Below the pieces are notes generated by a model that had not been told where the DNA came from, ran no database searches, and saw only the letters and a list, made by a program, of their open reading frames with translations. This document shows positions 24,663-39,978 of a stretch of 64,000 bases of DNA, one piece after another (within the stretch, counting starts at the first letter, position 1; each line of letters opens with the position of its first letter). A program made the translations under genes and the position numbers. This stretch comes from Paecilomyces variotii. Taxonomy: Eukaryota. Where the stretch lies: NCBI GenBank assembly GCA_004022145.1, contig RCNU01000007.1; one strand, written 5' to 3'.

Positions 24663-25607
24663 TTACATCATTCCCTTGCTGACCTGTTCCTTCCGCTCCT
24701 CCCACACGTTCTTTCCGGAGCACGAGCACACCATCTTGTCGTTATCCCAAACTCCGGCACTGCGGGCGATGACTCCAACCAATGTATCAGGATCTTCCTT
24801 CTTGAACGGACCATCCTTGTCCTTGGAAATGACCATGCTTCGCCCGATCAACTCCCACACGGCAACCGGCCGGTCCAGGAAGACGTTACCCTGGCCTTTC
24901 GCGTCCACTTCGACCGTCCCGAACACACCTCTTGGCTCCTTCTTCTCTTCGGATCCGAGGACCTTGTTCTTCAACGACTCCCAGATGCCTCCGGTTGTCT
25001 CTGGTCCCCTTGAAATATCGCCGTTCTCGCGGACAGTAGCCCAATATTTTCCTGGAGAGAGTCCGTTGATCGTGAGGTCGACGATAGTCAAATTGGGTGA
25101 CACCTGAACCATCCGCGCTAATCCACGGACGTTATTTTGAACGGCAGTCGAATGTGTCTCTAGGATGCTCACGGCGGCACCTTTTTTCGGAATCGCACTC
25201 AGCATGAGTCTGACTAGACTGTAGAAAGCGAGATCATCTAGGTCCAGACGTACCGTTCGAGGAGCCACTACCTCGTAGAATTGCATCTCGACCTGTGGCT
25301 TGGATAGCGGATACTATGGAGCTTGGTGGCGCTGTGCCCTCGATGAAGACCAACTGGTCCTTCAGTCTGGCGTCGACTTTGTTAATTCCTGGCGCGGATG
25401 TCAGTTTCGCCTTTTTCTCCCCGGATCCCTGGTAATTTCAGTACCCTGAAGATTGTATAGAGACGTCGTGATATCCTTGATACAGTCCTCACAGCTCATG
25501 GGGACGGAGAACGTCGTCTGTTATAGCCCGTTAGTAATTCCGCAGTATTGAACCCGCCCCCCGCTGCAGAACAATGAGAAACTACATACCTGGAATGGTT
25601 CAATCAT
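24663..25607 (-). CDS. ccs1: Cu/Zn superoxide dismutase copper chaperone (Ccs1/Lys7)
   Basis: Exons 25607-25590, 25517-25445, 25388-25254, 25180-24663. N-terminal HMA motif MSCEDC, SOD-like middle domain, C-terminal VIARSAGVWDNDKMVCSCSG (CxC). Confidence 0.95.
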
Positions 25608-25948
25608 GGCGGCGACTGTGATAGAAAACGTCTCAGATCAAGTAAAGCAAACGATAGATCCCACGGGTGCTAATCCGGCGCAGGAGGAATAAGTGCAAGA
25701 AAAGAAAGTACTGGAATGTCGGCCATGTTGCGCGATGGCCGGTTGGAGGTGGGGTGTGCTTTGAAATCGCGGGTTGACTTTCGGCGCTTCCAGGCATAGT
25801 CGACTTATCTCAGTCTAGCTTCCGATCCGGCAAATAGCGTCATCAAAATAATACTTCCGTTCCGGAGAGCGAAACATCCACGGCTCTCCCATTGTATACT
25901 TTAGATACCCGACTAACCTCGACACAACACCCCTCGACCTCGTCGATA

Positions 25949-27669
25949 ATGTCTGCGCCGGGAAAGTCACGATGGGCAGACGACGACCCCGAAACTGAAG
26001 CCGCCATTGCGCAACGCAAGCGCGAGAAAGAGGAGAAGAAACGCGCCAAGGCAGAGAAGCAGCGCAAGCTGGAAGAAGCCCAGGCGGCGCAACAGCAAGC
26101 CCGAGACGGAGAAGTCAATGGTGAAGCTGGAGGACGACCGGCAAAGCGCCGCAGACTCTCAGACGACGCGGAGAAAGCTGCAGCGGAACAGACTATCGAT
26201 ACAACTACACAACAGAAACGCTCTACACTGCTCCGATTCCCAGCTCCGGAATGGGGGCCATGCAGACATGTCGACAATTTCGAAAGACTGAATCACATCG
26301 AAGAGGGATCATACGGCTGGGTATCTCGAGCTAAGGACATCACGACAGGGGAGATTGTCGCGTTGAAGAAGCTCAAAATGGAGAATTCGCCAGATGGGTT
26401 CCCCGTCACCGGGCTGCGCGAGATCCAAACCCTCCTTGGAGCTCGACACCAAAACATCGTCAATCTTCGTGAGATCGTCATGGGAAATAGCATGGATAGG
26501 TGAGTTCTGCCTCCCCCTCTATCTACCACTCGAGAATCCGCCTTTCCCTGCTCCCCTCCCACTCCGGCTACTTCTCCAAGAGAAACAGCACGGAAAGAAA
26601 CAAAAAAAGGAACCGGGCGCTCTCGACACCTTCTACCCCTGGAAAGTCCCAGATGCAAAAAGATAATTAACCATCGGGCAATAACGAGGTAACTCGCCTC
26701 GTTCATTGCAATCATCTAAAATAGTGTCTTCCTCGTCATGGATTTCCTCGAACACGATCTAAAAACGCTACTCGATGATATGCGCGAACCTTTCTTACCC
26801 TCGGAGATCAAGACCCTCCTTCTACAAATAATGTCAGCTACGGAATTCTTACACTCGCATTGGATCATGCATCGTGATCTGAAGACATCGAACCTACTCA
26901 TGAATAATCGCGGTGAGATCAAGATTGCGGATTTCGGCATGGCGAGGTATTATGGAGATCCACCACCTAAGCTCACGCAACTGGTCGTGACGCTATGGTA
27001 CCGTTCCCCAGAGTTGCTTCTGGGGGCGGACAAGTATGGACCGGAGATCGATATGTGGAGTATAGGCTGCATATTTGGAGAGCTTCTCACTACGGAGCCA
27101 TTGTTACAGGGGAAGAACGAAGTAGAGCAATTGTCCAAGGTATGTACATCATACACGTCCTTTCCATCCATCTTCTGCTATATATAAAGATAATGGTACT
27201 AATACAAGAACAGATATTCGCCTTAACTGGACCTCCAACGCAGCAAACATGGCCTGGATTCCGATCCCTGCCAAACGCAAAGTCTCTCCGGTTACCACCC
27301 TCTTACTCATCGTCGAATACATCGTCTACAAAGCCACCGCTCCTCCCGCGCTCTAAATTTCCCTATCTCACCAACTCCGGTCTCACCCTGCTTTCATCGC
27401 TCTTGGCCTTAAATCCCGCATCTCGCCCAACCGCCCAAGAGTGCCTTCGGCATCCTTACTTCCATGAAGATCCGCGACCCAAGCCCAAGGAGATGTTTCC
27501 TACGTTTCCGTCTAAGGCGGGGATGGAGAGGCGCCGGCGAAGAGAGACGCCAGAGGCGCCAAAGCATGGGGCTGAGGCACCCAAGTTGGACTTTGCCAGT
27601 GTGTTTGGTGGGACGGGCGGAGGGGATACTGGAGAGACCGGGGCAGGTTTCACGTTAAGGCTAGGATGA
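25949..27669 (+). CDS. npkA: CDK11/PITSLRE-like cyclin-dependent kinase (NpkA/Ppk23 type)
   Basis: Exons 25949-26499, 26725-27139, 27214-27669. IEEGSYGWV, VALKKLK, GFPVTGLREI (PITSLRE-like helix), HRDLKTSN, DFG, VVTLWYRSPE. Divergent from ccs1 across ~340 bp. Confidence 0.93.
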
Positions 27670-28084
27670 TCTGTTGAGCGCGGAACCTTACTTTCCGATT
27701 ATTATACGATTCATCCGAAGGGGCAAAGGTTATGGACTGATCAGGGGGAGGGAATGAAAGGTGCCTTATGCAGGGCCGTGGTCCAACATGTACCTGCTGT
27801 TCTCCCGTCTATTGCGCAGGGGCGACGCCGGATCGCGCAACATCCCTCGAGATATACCTCAAGAACTGTAACCTAATTTTTTGTCTCAAAAGAAGTGTTA
27901 TCTAGGTGAAACACCTCTTCCACGCTACTGATACAAAATAATTCGACTTGCTTGCCATGTCGATGCGGAATTCCAAAGAGTTTGCAAGGAAGACAACGCG
28001 CCAGAGATCTCCATAGACAAAAACTTTCTCTTCGCAACCGCTCAAGGAACGGATCCACTGCCGCAGAACCTGTTACGTGGATAT

Positions 28085-29838
28085 CTATTCGTCCGTCGAG
28101 TCACTGCGGTTTCTTTCGACCTCGGCCTGGTCATCACGGCGTGACGCCACCCTCCGAGGACTTCCTGGTCCGATGGCTTGGGGAACAAACTGTGCTCTTA
28201 CGCCTGGATCACGGTCAAGCCCCGGACCGCTGTGGATACTGCCATCACTGACGATCCTCTTCTCAGCTCTTATTCTGTTGTCGCCCCTCCCAGGAGGGGA
28301 ATCGTTGGATTTTCCATCCACGAGGAAATACTCGTCCTTGGGAAGTGAATCATCTCGCCGGTTTGGACGCGGTATCACTCTCCAGCGAGGAGCGTTCCTC
28401 ATAGGGCCATAGGGATTAGGGTTTATTCTTCGGGACGTGTTGATGCCAATCTCTGGCCCTGGACGACTGCTTAACGTTCCCATAGATGCGTGGTCTATGC
28501 CGCTGCCAGAGGGTTGTCGGTTTTCTCCGTAGATGTCTCTGATATCATCGCACGAAGAATCATCGGGCATGTCGATATCCTTGATCAGATCGTCAGAATG
28601 GTTGTGAAAACAAGGTGTATTCAGGATCCTCTTCGCCCTACCGTGGTGAACCTTTCCATTGCTCCTACTATCTGGCGCAGTTCCTCCGATAACTCAAGAC
28701 TAGTGTTGCCAGTGGATTCAGAAGATCCGCGACGAGATTGTTCAGACATGAACGGGTCGTCCGTGGAAGTCCCCGAGACTTCTGGATAAGGTCTTGGGGT
28801 CCGCTGCATCGCCTCATTGCCGTTGCTGTCACTGGAGCTGATCTCTGATTCCGATGACTCTGTGCACGATGAAGATCCGGCGCCGGCTTCCTTCCTTTTC
28901 TGAACTCTGTTGCTTCTAGAGGTACTGCAAGACGAGGACGAGACTGTTACAGATACATCAGACTCGGTTTCCGGAAATGACCGGCTGACGTATCCATCCT
29001 GCCACTTAATGGTCTGTTTCTTCGATGAGATATTGGAGAGTTGGGATGTCCGGCCTGGCTGTTGGCTCGAGCTACTGTGATCCTGTCTTTTGAGCATTGA
29101 CGTACCAGGCCTCGACGATCCAAGGTCCACTTTCGACAACGTGTCTGGACTGACTAAGGTCAGGGACGAAGAGAGTCTGACCTCGGCGATTCCTTCATCA
29201 TCCCAGCTCGATACGGACGCTGGTTTTGACCGGTTACGACAAGTGCGATAGATCTCCACGCCAAAATCAAAGTCTATCTCTGTGCTTGCTTCGGATATGG
29301 TTTGCGGGAATGAACGTCCTTTATATGGATAAAGCTGCTCCTGAAAAGGCGGACAGATGGAGCAACTGTCAGGAACTGATTGTTTTGCGGACTTGTCCCA
29401 GAAAACAGAATGGCACTTCATTCCGTTTGTCAAAGCCAAGAGACCCGATCTTGCCTTGCGCAATGACCGTCCAGGCAGTTCCTGGACCCAGCGCATTGGT
29501 CTCTGGGGGCTGGGTGTTTTGGAGAGATAACCGATTGCTGGGCATGATGTGGAGGCTATGGAAGGGTTGTGTCGAGGATCATGAGGATTGAATATTGGAT
29601 AATGGATTCTTTCTTGGCATGGCGGGGAGCTGGAAGCAAGGTCACTGCCAAGCAGCAGTCAACAAAGCACATACTGTCCGACAAGGATCAAATACCTGTT
29701 CCTTTGTTTTGTTGGTGTCTGGAATAATGTCGGATAACTTTGATGGTGATGGAGATCGTCGTCACGGCATTGACTTTGACCATCCTCAGTGTGCCTGGGT
29801 GACTTGTCGTCATTATGTCCTGGACATCTGTAGGCCAT
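28085..29838 (-). CDS. Ser-rich, largely disordered hypothetical protein
   Basis: Exons 29838-29696, 29644-28642, 28579-28085 join in frame (MAYRCPG..YPIFNPHDPRHNP..LRKARSGLLAL..). No domain recognised; second acceptor is AAG. Confidence 0.6.
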
Positions 29839-30454
29839 GGTAACGTGGAAAACACAGTAAAGGGGACTCCAGAAGATGAGAATAGACTCAAGTGAATAAC
29901 TCTTCCAAGAGTAATCAGAAACCCTTTGAGCATCGTGTTTATTACACCCGGATAGTCAGGTCCAAGGCAGTTGATTACTAGCAAAGAAATGGAATGTCGA
30001 GAAAGAGTTCCGCGAGTTGGTGAACAGATTATACAGCGGAGCCTAAAATGGAAGGTGCCCATTTGTAGTAGTAAACAGGGAAAGAATCACGCATTTGGCG
30101 GACAAACAGCTTTTGAGAGAATCTGATCAATCACAAGATATGGACAAACATCACTTGCATGAATTCTACTGTTCTATACTCACCGATTCAATTTTATCCA
30201 TGGTTAATAGCACAATGAATGCTCCGAGGCGGACAGTACTCATATGGCCCCGTTCTTGCGGAAAGCTCAGACCCGGAGGGCGGACTCAGCTCGGCGGAGT
30301 TCGCGCGCGGAAAGGAGCTCAACGAGCCCTTCACTCAAGGCTCATATTCTCTCTTCCCTAGCTTTCAACCATTCAATGCGATCTCTATTGTCATTTCATC
30401 CTAGTCTCCCTTTCAGCTGAACCGATCTCTCGACCACGCAGTCCTTTCACCATA

Positions 30455-31494
30455 ATGGTGGCCGGCAAATCAGCAGCCATCTCGTTCGACGAGATTATCA
30501 AGGCTGGTAAATCGCTCATCAGCCCCAGTGACTGTACCCCTCAGCATTCTAATCTGTGATTGATACCCAGATCGCCAAAAACGCAAGAATGAGGCGCTTG
30601 CGAACGAGATTCTAGGAAAGAACAGGAGAGCGAGCGCGCCGGGGGCCGGAGTGGCCAGCAAGAAACAGACAGCTGCCTCTGGGAGCCTCGCCAGCAGAAT
30701 CGGTGTTGCCAAGGTAAAGTCAGCGCGTGAATATTTACAGCAGATAGATTTTGTCCTCTAATAAGTCTTTGCTCTCAGCGTTCGGCGTCTACCTCATTCA
30801 AACCGAAACAGAACACCGCTCGTCCAACAACCGGGAATAAGCGACGAGCAAACGACGATCGCCTCGTTGCCGCCCTTCAGCCGGAGAATGGACAGGCAAC
30901 AGTTCGAAGTAATGGCATTGGGATCTCTATTAAAGGCGCCGGTTCAGGGCCGTTTGTCGTGATTGGCAGCAATTTTGCGCTAGGCACTACTGCTGCAGAT
31001 ATCCAGTCTGCGCTCGAGCCTGTCGGAGGAGCTATAGTCAGTTGCAGAGTGGTGTCTACGTATCCCACTGTGACCGCAGAAATGGCCTTTGCGGAGAGAC
31101 AGGGTGCTGAGAGTGTGGTCGCAAACTTCCATAACCAGAGGGTGAGCACAGTGTACATTCTGTCTAGAGTGATGCTGACATTTTGAAGGCGGATGGTAGA
31201 ATACTTTCGATGAAACTCAAGACAGCCAGAGGCTTCAATCCACCAACCGAGCCTCGTGCATTCTCAAACCAGAACTCCTACGATGGTTTCAGGGAACAAG
31301 CTGACCGTGTCCGCCGCGAGAATCGCAAAGCCGACCCATTGATCCAAGACGAGACGTTCGGCCGACGTCGTAATGGCCGAGGTAATAACCCCGGCGGTAG
31401 ACGACAAGAACAAGACTCCGGTCTCTATAGCGATGAGATGATGGTCGACGCCCCGGCACAAGGATCAAGAGGCAGAGGACGCAATTTCCGATAG
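30455..31494 (+). CDS. RRM-like RNA-binding protein with RG-rich C-terminus
   Basis: Exons 30455-30506, 30571-30713, 30779-31141, 31189-31494. SFDEIIKADRQKRKNEALANEILG N-terminus, RRM-like VVIGSNFALGTTAADI..FHNQRADGRIL, ending GSRGRGRNFR. Confidence 0.8.
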
Positions 31495-32047
31495 GAATAT
31501 CGTCCTCTCAACAGGGTTCTCTTCGTAGTAACGCTGCGTTCGAATTGTTTGTGAGATACGGAATCAGCGTTTCCGGCCTGAAAATATGTACTTCAATACC
31601 AGATGGATATGCTGCAACGCTTGTGAAAATGATTTAGACTTAAGGCAGGCCTGGGGTTGGCAGAAGGTCTGCAATGCGGCGCGAAAGGTTTTCTCTTTTG
31701 CTCTTTCTGTTTTAATATATTACAGTTTCATTTTCCTTCTCTTCCCGTATTTTTACCTAGTCTATCCACGAGTTCGCTGAATCTCATCGGCTGTAACCCA
31801 TCTAGAGAAATTTATTGATAAGATTGTGATCACGTGAAACATGCGGAGCGCGGATGCGGAGAATAATAGCTTTGGAGCTCCGGAGATTCTTGGGATTATT
31901 ATCCTCTCAGACGGTAACTTCTTCTGTTCACAGTAACGTTTTACGGCCCTTCTAGTTTTATTATAGAGTGTCAATTGATTTATTGTACCCTATATCGAGT
32001 TCATAGTCCAGGCGCATGCAAAGACTGGCAGACAACCAGCGGAGAAG

Positions 32048-33743
32048 ATGAACCATGTCGCAAAACGGACTGTGACGCGTCTGGCGAGGAATTACCGGTC
32101 ACAGTCACTACGGCCAAATCTATGGCGATGTTCTTCCACATTTGCTGAGCGGGAATGGTCGACTCCCCTGGCTAAGACACTGGCAGAAGCCATCAAGGTA
32201 GAGGATCCCCCAATTTTCTACCTCCCATTGAGAAGCGCCAAAGATCCAGAAAGCTGACAGCTTCCGCCAGACCACAGGATCTATATCCATTGCTGCATTT
32301 ATGCGCCAGGTCTTGACTTCTCCGGAAGGCGGCTACTATACGACTCGCAGCGGCGGCACCGAGGTATTCGGCAAGAAAGGCGATTTTATTACATCACCAG
32401 AAATCACACAAGTGTTTGGAGAGCTCGTCGGTATCTGGACAGTCGCAGAATGGATTGCGCAGGGGAGAAAACGCACTGGTGTAGAGCTGATGGAGGTTGG
32501 GCCTGGAAAGGGAACGTTGATGGATGACATTTTGCGGGTAAGGACACAGCGGAACTCTCTCAGCTCGTCCGATAATATTGACTGGGATGCAGACAATTGG
32601 AAACTTCAAAAGCTTCGCGTCAGCTATTGAGGCAATCTACCTGGTCGAGGCAAGTCCTGCGCTGAGAGAGATTCAGAAACAGCTCCTGTGCGGGGATGCG
32701 CCTATGGAAGAGACGGAAATTGGACATAAGAGCATAAGCAAACACATCGGAAAGCCAGTAGTCTGGGTTGAGGATATTAGACTACTACCTCAGAGTAAGT
32801 GTTTTATTTGTCTCTTGAAGAGCCTCGAATCTAACCGTCCATAGACGAGGACAAAACGCCGTTCATCTTCGCACACGAATTCTTCGACGCTCTGCCCATA
32901 CACGCCTTCCAATCTGTTGCGCCCTCGCCAGAAAACCAGCCGCAGGAGATCATGACACCTACCGGTCCTATCAAACTGGATCAACCACAGAAACCCGCAA
33001 CCACTCCCCAGTGGCGCGAACTCATGGTGTCGTTAAATCCTAAAGCAGTCGTGGAAGACATCAAGGATGAGCCTGAGTTCAAGCTGACATTGGCCAAAGC
33101 CTCAACACCTTCATCTTTGGTTATCCCTGAAATATCTGAACGCTACAGAGCTCTCAAGTCACTTCCAGGGTCCACGATCGAGGTCAGCCCGGAGAGCCGC
33201 ATATATGCAGCGGAGTTCGCCCGGCGTATTGGGGGAACGTCCCAGCCTAAAGTCGCGCCTACAACACCTGGTACACGAGCTTCGTCTGCTGTACCTCTGA
33301 CGCCAGTGAAGCGGAAGCCATCCGGTGCAGCATTGATCATGGACTACGGAACTTCAGATACCATTCCTATCAACTCGTTGCGTGGAATCAAGCAGCACCA
33401 AAAGGTCCCACCTCTCTCGTCCCCGGGACAAGTGGACGTCAGCGCCGATGTCGACTTCACAGCACTCGCAGAAGCAGCCATTGACGCTAGCGAAGGCGTC
33501 GAAGTTCACGGGCCGGTTGAACAGGGTGACTTCCTGCTCTCGCTGGGTATTGCTGAGCGGGCAGAGCAGCTTTTGAAAAACATCAAGGACGAAGAGCGCA
33601 GAAAGAACCTCGAGAGCGGTTGGAAGCGATTAGTCGATAAGGGCGGTAATGGAATGGGCAAAATCTACAAGGTTCTGGCTATCATCCCAGAGAATGAGGG
33701 CAGGAGAAGACCCGTCGGTTTTGGAGGGGGAATCAGTCTTTGA
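32048..33743 (+). CDS. NDUFAF7/MidA-family SAM-dependent arginine methyltransferase (complex I assembly, DUF185)
   Basis: Introns 32198-32270, 32538-32592, 32795-32844. Basic mitochondrial-type N-terminus; GDFITSPEITQVFGE, EVGPGKGTL, AHEFFDALP, DYG, PGQVDVSADVDF. Confidence 0.93.
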
Positions 33744-34061
33744 GTCTCGTTTTGCCCATGATTCCATATAGACATCTGTATTATAATGTAAGATGCACAT
33801 GTAACGAGGTACGCACAGCTGATGGAGAAAAATATATATATATAATTCATATCGGGTATCGTTATTCTATTCGTATCTATAAATAAAATCCAAAGGCTGA
33901 AAACAAGGATCAGAAACCCCCAGGCAGACCTCTAACCACACTAGCCCTCAACCCCATTCCGCACGTATATCCTCTCCAAATAAACAACAATATATCACAT
34001 CCCATTACTTTAAACCCCATCCTCCTCCCACTCCGCCTCCGCAAAAGACACCGAAGGTAAA

Positions 34062-34610
34062 TTAATACTCCCTCCAAATATCCTCCACATACGCCTCTGT
34101 CAATCTCGTATCCTTCCCATATTTCTCCTGCCACTGCAGGAACCCTCCCTCAAGAACATACACTTCCTGCTTATGACTAGCCTCCGGACCAAGAGTGCGT
34201 TCACGCTCGCGCGCATACCGCAGGGCCGCGGATGGACCTCGCTGCTGGCTCAGGGCGCAGTGGAACACGACTTTCTCTTTGTCCTGTAGGGTGCGCACGA
34301 GCTCGGGCATGCGGACATCGAGGCTAGAGCTGGGAATCCAGATTGAGGAGTAGATGTGGCCGCCGATATGGTCTGGGGTGTTTGGGATTAGTTGTGTTGT
34401 ATACTTAAAATACATAGATGGAAGTGAATTGGTGAGGGATTATTGGTTTCTTTTTTGAATATTGTTCTTGCGATATTGAGAGAATTTAAACATACCTGAG
34501 TCTCTAACGTCAACTATGGCCAGTTTGGAGGGACTGCTGCTTGAAAGAATGAGAGAAGAAAGGACATCGCGAGTCATGCGGGGAAGCGTCGCAATGGTTA
34601 TGGAAGACAT
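34062..34610 (-). CDS. Cdc25-like rhodanese-fold phosphatase/arsenate reductase (Ych1/Ibp1/Acr2 type)
   Basis: Exons 34610-34496 and 34372-34062; IVDVRDSDHIGGHI, active-site FHCALSQQRGP (Cx5R), VLEGGF. Confidence 0.92.
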
Positions 34611-35039
34611 GGCGGATTAAGAAATATACAGTCACCGACTGTACGTAAAAAGCTTCTCAAAAAGAACCGTATATGTAAATTCCTTCGCGAAGAAAACAAG
34701 TGTAGACTTTTATTATTAAAGCGTTGAAGAAACAAACTCCAGGAAAATAAATTCCACCATGCAGAAAGATTGCGGAAGAGAGAGGAGGACCTCCGCGGCC
34801 TCGCCGACGCTCATCACGTGACTTGAAGATTTCCATCTCCAGACAATCAATCTTTCAACATCTCCGAGGACGTCGACGGAACAAGTCCAGCCAGCAACAA
34901 AGGGGCTGCATCGCGCGAGGTTATCAGCAGATGGGAATCTAGGCTGGTAACTGATCAATATATTTTGTTTCGTTCACCATCGTGTTTTATTTCTCCAATT
35001 GGGGCTTGACGTCCTTGAATACCGATACCGTCCGGCATC

Positions 35040-35762
35040 ATGGAGGTACGCACCTTGGCCCGGTGCCTTCGCTCGAGGCCGGCTTCATCTCTGCTGTCTA
35101 AGCAGCAAGCCGGCCCTGCTTCGCTGTACACACAGATCGGCGCTTTTTCCAGTAGTCAGAGTCGCCTGCAAGGAATCCGATACGCGTCTACGGGGAAGCC
35201 ATCATCACCTCAGTCTGAGACGAACAGCAACAACACCAGCAGCTCTCAGCCCGCAGAGACCACGAACGCCACATCAGACAAATCCTCCAATTCGAGCCTG
35301 GACGAGCTCAACCGCGTATTAAGCCAGCTCGACATCGCCGGCCGCAACGCCGCCCAAACCAGCAAGACATTCATCGAGTCCCGGAAAGCCGAGCAGTCTC
35401 CCTCTGGACGTCGCCCGTCTATCAGCGACCCCCTTGCCCTCTCTCGCGCAGTCAGTGAATCCGCAGACGCAGAGCAGTACCGCACCCCTGTCCGTCGCGT
35501 GGAGCTGAAGCTTGGTCCAGAACTCGGTCGTCAAGTCCACGTGGACCCGGACCGCGGTGTCGACCTTGCTGCCGCTCTGCGAAACCTCCAGATCAATTGC
35601 GCCGTCAACCGTGTTAGGGGACAGGCGAATTTCCAGAAGTTCCATGTGCGAAGAGGACAGCGGATAAAGGATCTAAGACGCGAGCGATGGAGGAAGTTGT
35701 TCAAGTTCTCGTTCCAGAAGACGGTGGAGAAGATTCAGAAGATGAGAGCCCAGGGATGGTAG
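35040..35762 (+). CDS. Mitochondrial ribosomal protein bS21m (Mrp21-like)
   Basis: Single ORF of 240 aa with mitochondrial-type N-terminus; C-terminal S21-like GRQVHV..LAAALRNL..KFHVRRGQRIKDLRRERWRKLF..GW. Confidence 0.85.
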   Translation: MEVRTLARCLRSRPASSLLSKQQAGPASLYTQIGAFSSSQSRLQGIRYASTGKPSSPQSETNSNNTSSSQPAETTNATSDKSSNSSLDELNRVLSQLDIAGRNAAQTSKTFIESRKAEQSPSGRRPSISDPLALSRAVSESADAEQYRTPVRRVELKLGPELGRQVHVDPDRGVDLAAALRNLQINCAVNRVRGQANFQKFHVRRGQRIKDLRRERWRKLFKFSFQKTVEKIQKMRAQGW

Positions 35763-36242
35763 ATATCCATAATCGAGCGGATAATGACATTGTCCTGAAC
35801 TCAGATAGGAGTGATGGTTGTATTTGGGATCCTCTGGTTTCCGGGCTTCTCAATGGGGTTAGAGGCTTCAGAACACCATGCTGTCTCGAGCTACTGGGAG
35901 ATATAAACTGTTCCGATGCACTTGTATAACTAAACTACGATTGGGAGTTTCATTCATTTTTTTAATTATTCAGAGGTTCTATTCTTTTCGCAGGATAGAA
36001 CAATGCAATGTAAATGTAAATGTATATCCGAAACCAAATAAACCAAAATACATGAATGCCTTTATATTTCTTTTATCCACCATCAAATCGTAACCTATAT
36101 CCCAGAAGCCGAAGCTCATGCTTTAAAATGATCCTATACATCAGATATACATGTAACGAAAAACCGCTGAAGAAACCGCCAAGGATGGATAGTATGCCGC
36201 CATCTAGCCGTATTTCCCATGAATCATGGATACATGGAATTC

Positions 36243-37663
36243 TCAATCCTTCTTCCCGCTCGTGAAACCGCCATAGCCGTATCCTGCACCGCTCGTACCA
36301 GTGCCGTTGGCGATGCCAAGTCCATAACCGCCATAGCCATTAGACCTGCCTCCGTCTCCGTAGACGACGCCGCTAGGATTCCTTGGATGGGAAGTAGGTC
36401 GACCTAGGATGCCATCTCCCTTCCAGCCTTGTCGTCCGCGACCCATGCTTCGCTCCCAGTACAGCGCTCCAAGAGCACCCACAGAAACAGCCATGACGAA
36501 GAAAAACATCTTCACGAAGAGGTTCCCTCCGTCGGAAGAGGAAGAAACATTAGATGCCGATAGTAGAGTCCATCCAATACCTTCCCCGCCCTCAGCCCAG
36601 CTAACGTGGAACCTGAACGTGAGCGGCTCACCGCGAACGACCTTCGTCCCGTGGCCCGCAGACCAGGGATCACGAGCATTTTCGATCAGAGCAGCAGCAC
36701 GGGCTTCCTTGCTTGCTTTCTTCTGGTCGACCTGGACATCGAACTCAGGGACAGAGTATGCTGTTCCCGCGACGACGTACCCGGGCGCCGTCCTCACCTC
36801 TTTCCTCGACGGCGCAATTATCGAGCTGATCTTATGGGCTAGCACATTCATATCCGTCCAGATATGGAGATGGCTCTTTTGGAGGGTGCCCTGGAGCGCC
36901 ACGGTCAAGGGCGTGTAGGACGGGCCGTCATTATCCAAAACATCCACAGATTGGGCATCCTTGCGCCGTTTCTCGTCATCTTCCTGGTCGTCGGCCCCGT
37001 GGCCAGTAGAGGGATTGAGCGGAGCAGTAGGCACGCGACATGTTAACGGAGCGTCCGAGTGAACGTAATATTCCAGCAAGTGGTAGAAAGTATCCGAAAG
37101 TGAATCGATAGTGCACGAGACGGTCTCAGAAACTCCGTAGCGCAAGGCGAGAGGTTGTTTGGTCTCGCTGCAGATGTGGAAGGGGATGTATTGTAGTTTG
37201 CCTAGGTTGTCCGTGATCTATGGGCATCGAGCAGTTAGCCATCGCGTCTTGCAAGCCACACATCTAATGATGGAACGTAGGTTTAAAATTATAGCCGGTG
37301 CAAGATCAATTGCGATGTAGAGGTCGCAAATGTAACATGGCGTAATTATCTTCGAGACAAGGGTTAAGGGTAGGGCCTATTACATGTTCTCCGGAATCAC
37401 TGTCCGTCCATATCTCAGTAAAAGAATCCGTGAACACGAGCCCAATGGCTCCAGAAATGTAAAGACATGAAAAAGCAGCCATGAAATACAACTTACATTG
37501 TCCGATTCAAGCAAGTCACAGGTATTGTTTGCCCGTACTTGTACCCGCCTCCGATCGCAGCATGTTGTGCCTTGTCAGCAGCAACGCCACGAGGCAGCTG
37601 GAGGCACAGCAAAAGGAGGAAGCAAGAGATAGAGCTAAGAGAAAGCCCCAGTGGTAAAGACAT
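36243..37663 (-). CDS. Uncharacterised fungal type-I membrane protein (signal peptide, luminal Cys domain, TM, Gly/Tyr-rich tail)
   Basis: Exons 37663-37497, 37399-37384 (16-nt microexon), 37217-36243 give CLNRTIDSGEHITDNLGKLQYIPF in frame. Hydrophobic N-terminus, TM LFVKMFFFVMAVSVGALGALYW, tail NGYGGYG..GKKD. Confidence 0.8.
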
Positions 37664-38248
37664 ATTAGAGGGGTTGTGAGCCACCAGGGCTGAAGTGGCT
37701 GGCACGCGCTGAAGCCGTGGAATAATAGAGATTGCGGAGGTGTCCTGAGCACCGCAGTACTAGTTGTTCCCCGTACAACTAGCAGGGAGCTGCGTACCTA
37801 TCGAGGGACCTCAACAGTCCAAAGACTAGCTGACCGAAACCAGAAATTCCTGCCCGTGTGATTGATCGTAGCGTTCGTTCTTCCCCAATCATAATAACAA
37901 GCTTTTTCTTGACATAATTTGCCCTCGTCAATCAATTCCGAATTACTTGTTGTCGACGAATCGGTTTCGTGTTCCGAGGCTTTTGAGGCATCCAGTGCTT
38001 AGAGTACCCTCTTAATAGATACCATGTCTCCAAGAGTCTAAATTTATGAAAGCTTATTGAAGGTAATGAAAATAATCGGTTTATTTCTGGAAACTAAGAT
38101 ATTAGATATACTAATTGGTTGTGGGCATCTTGTTCAGTAGACGGAAAGCTATCACATTCCTTGAAAGGCTAGAGGGAAGAAATCCGTTCGTCTCTGCGTT
38201 ACAAACATATTTTTATCATCTTTCTCAACCATGTAGAGGGGGCACACT

Positions 38249-39978
<1,730 letters not shown>

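Noticed and set aside
26500..26724. Possible nested or recursive intron in the kinase gene (GAG|GTAACT at 26689)
   Set aside because: GAG is a poor acceptor and the remaining 36-nt intron is too short; treated as one 225-nt intron.
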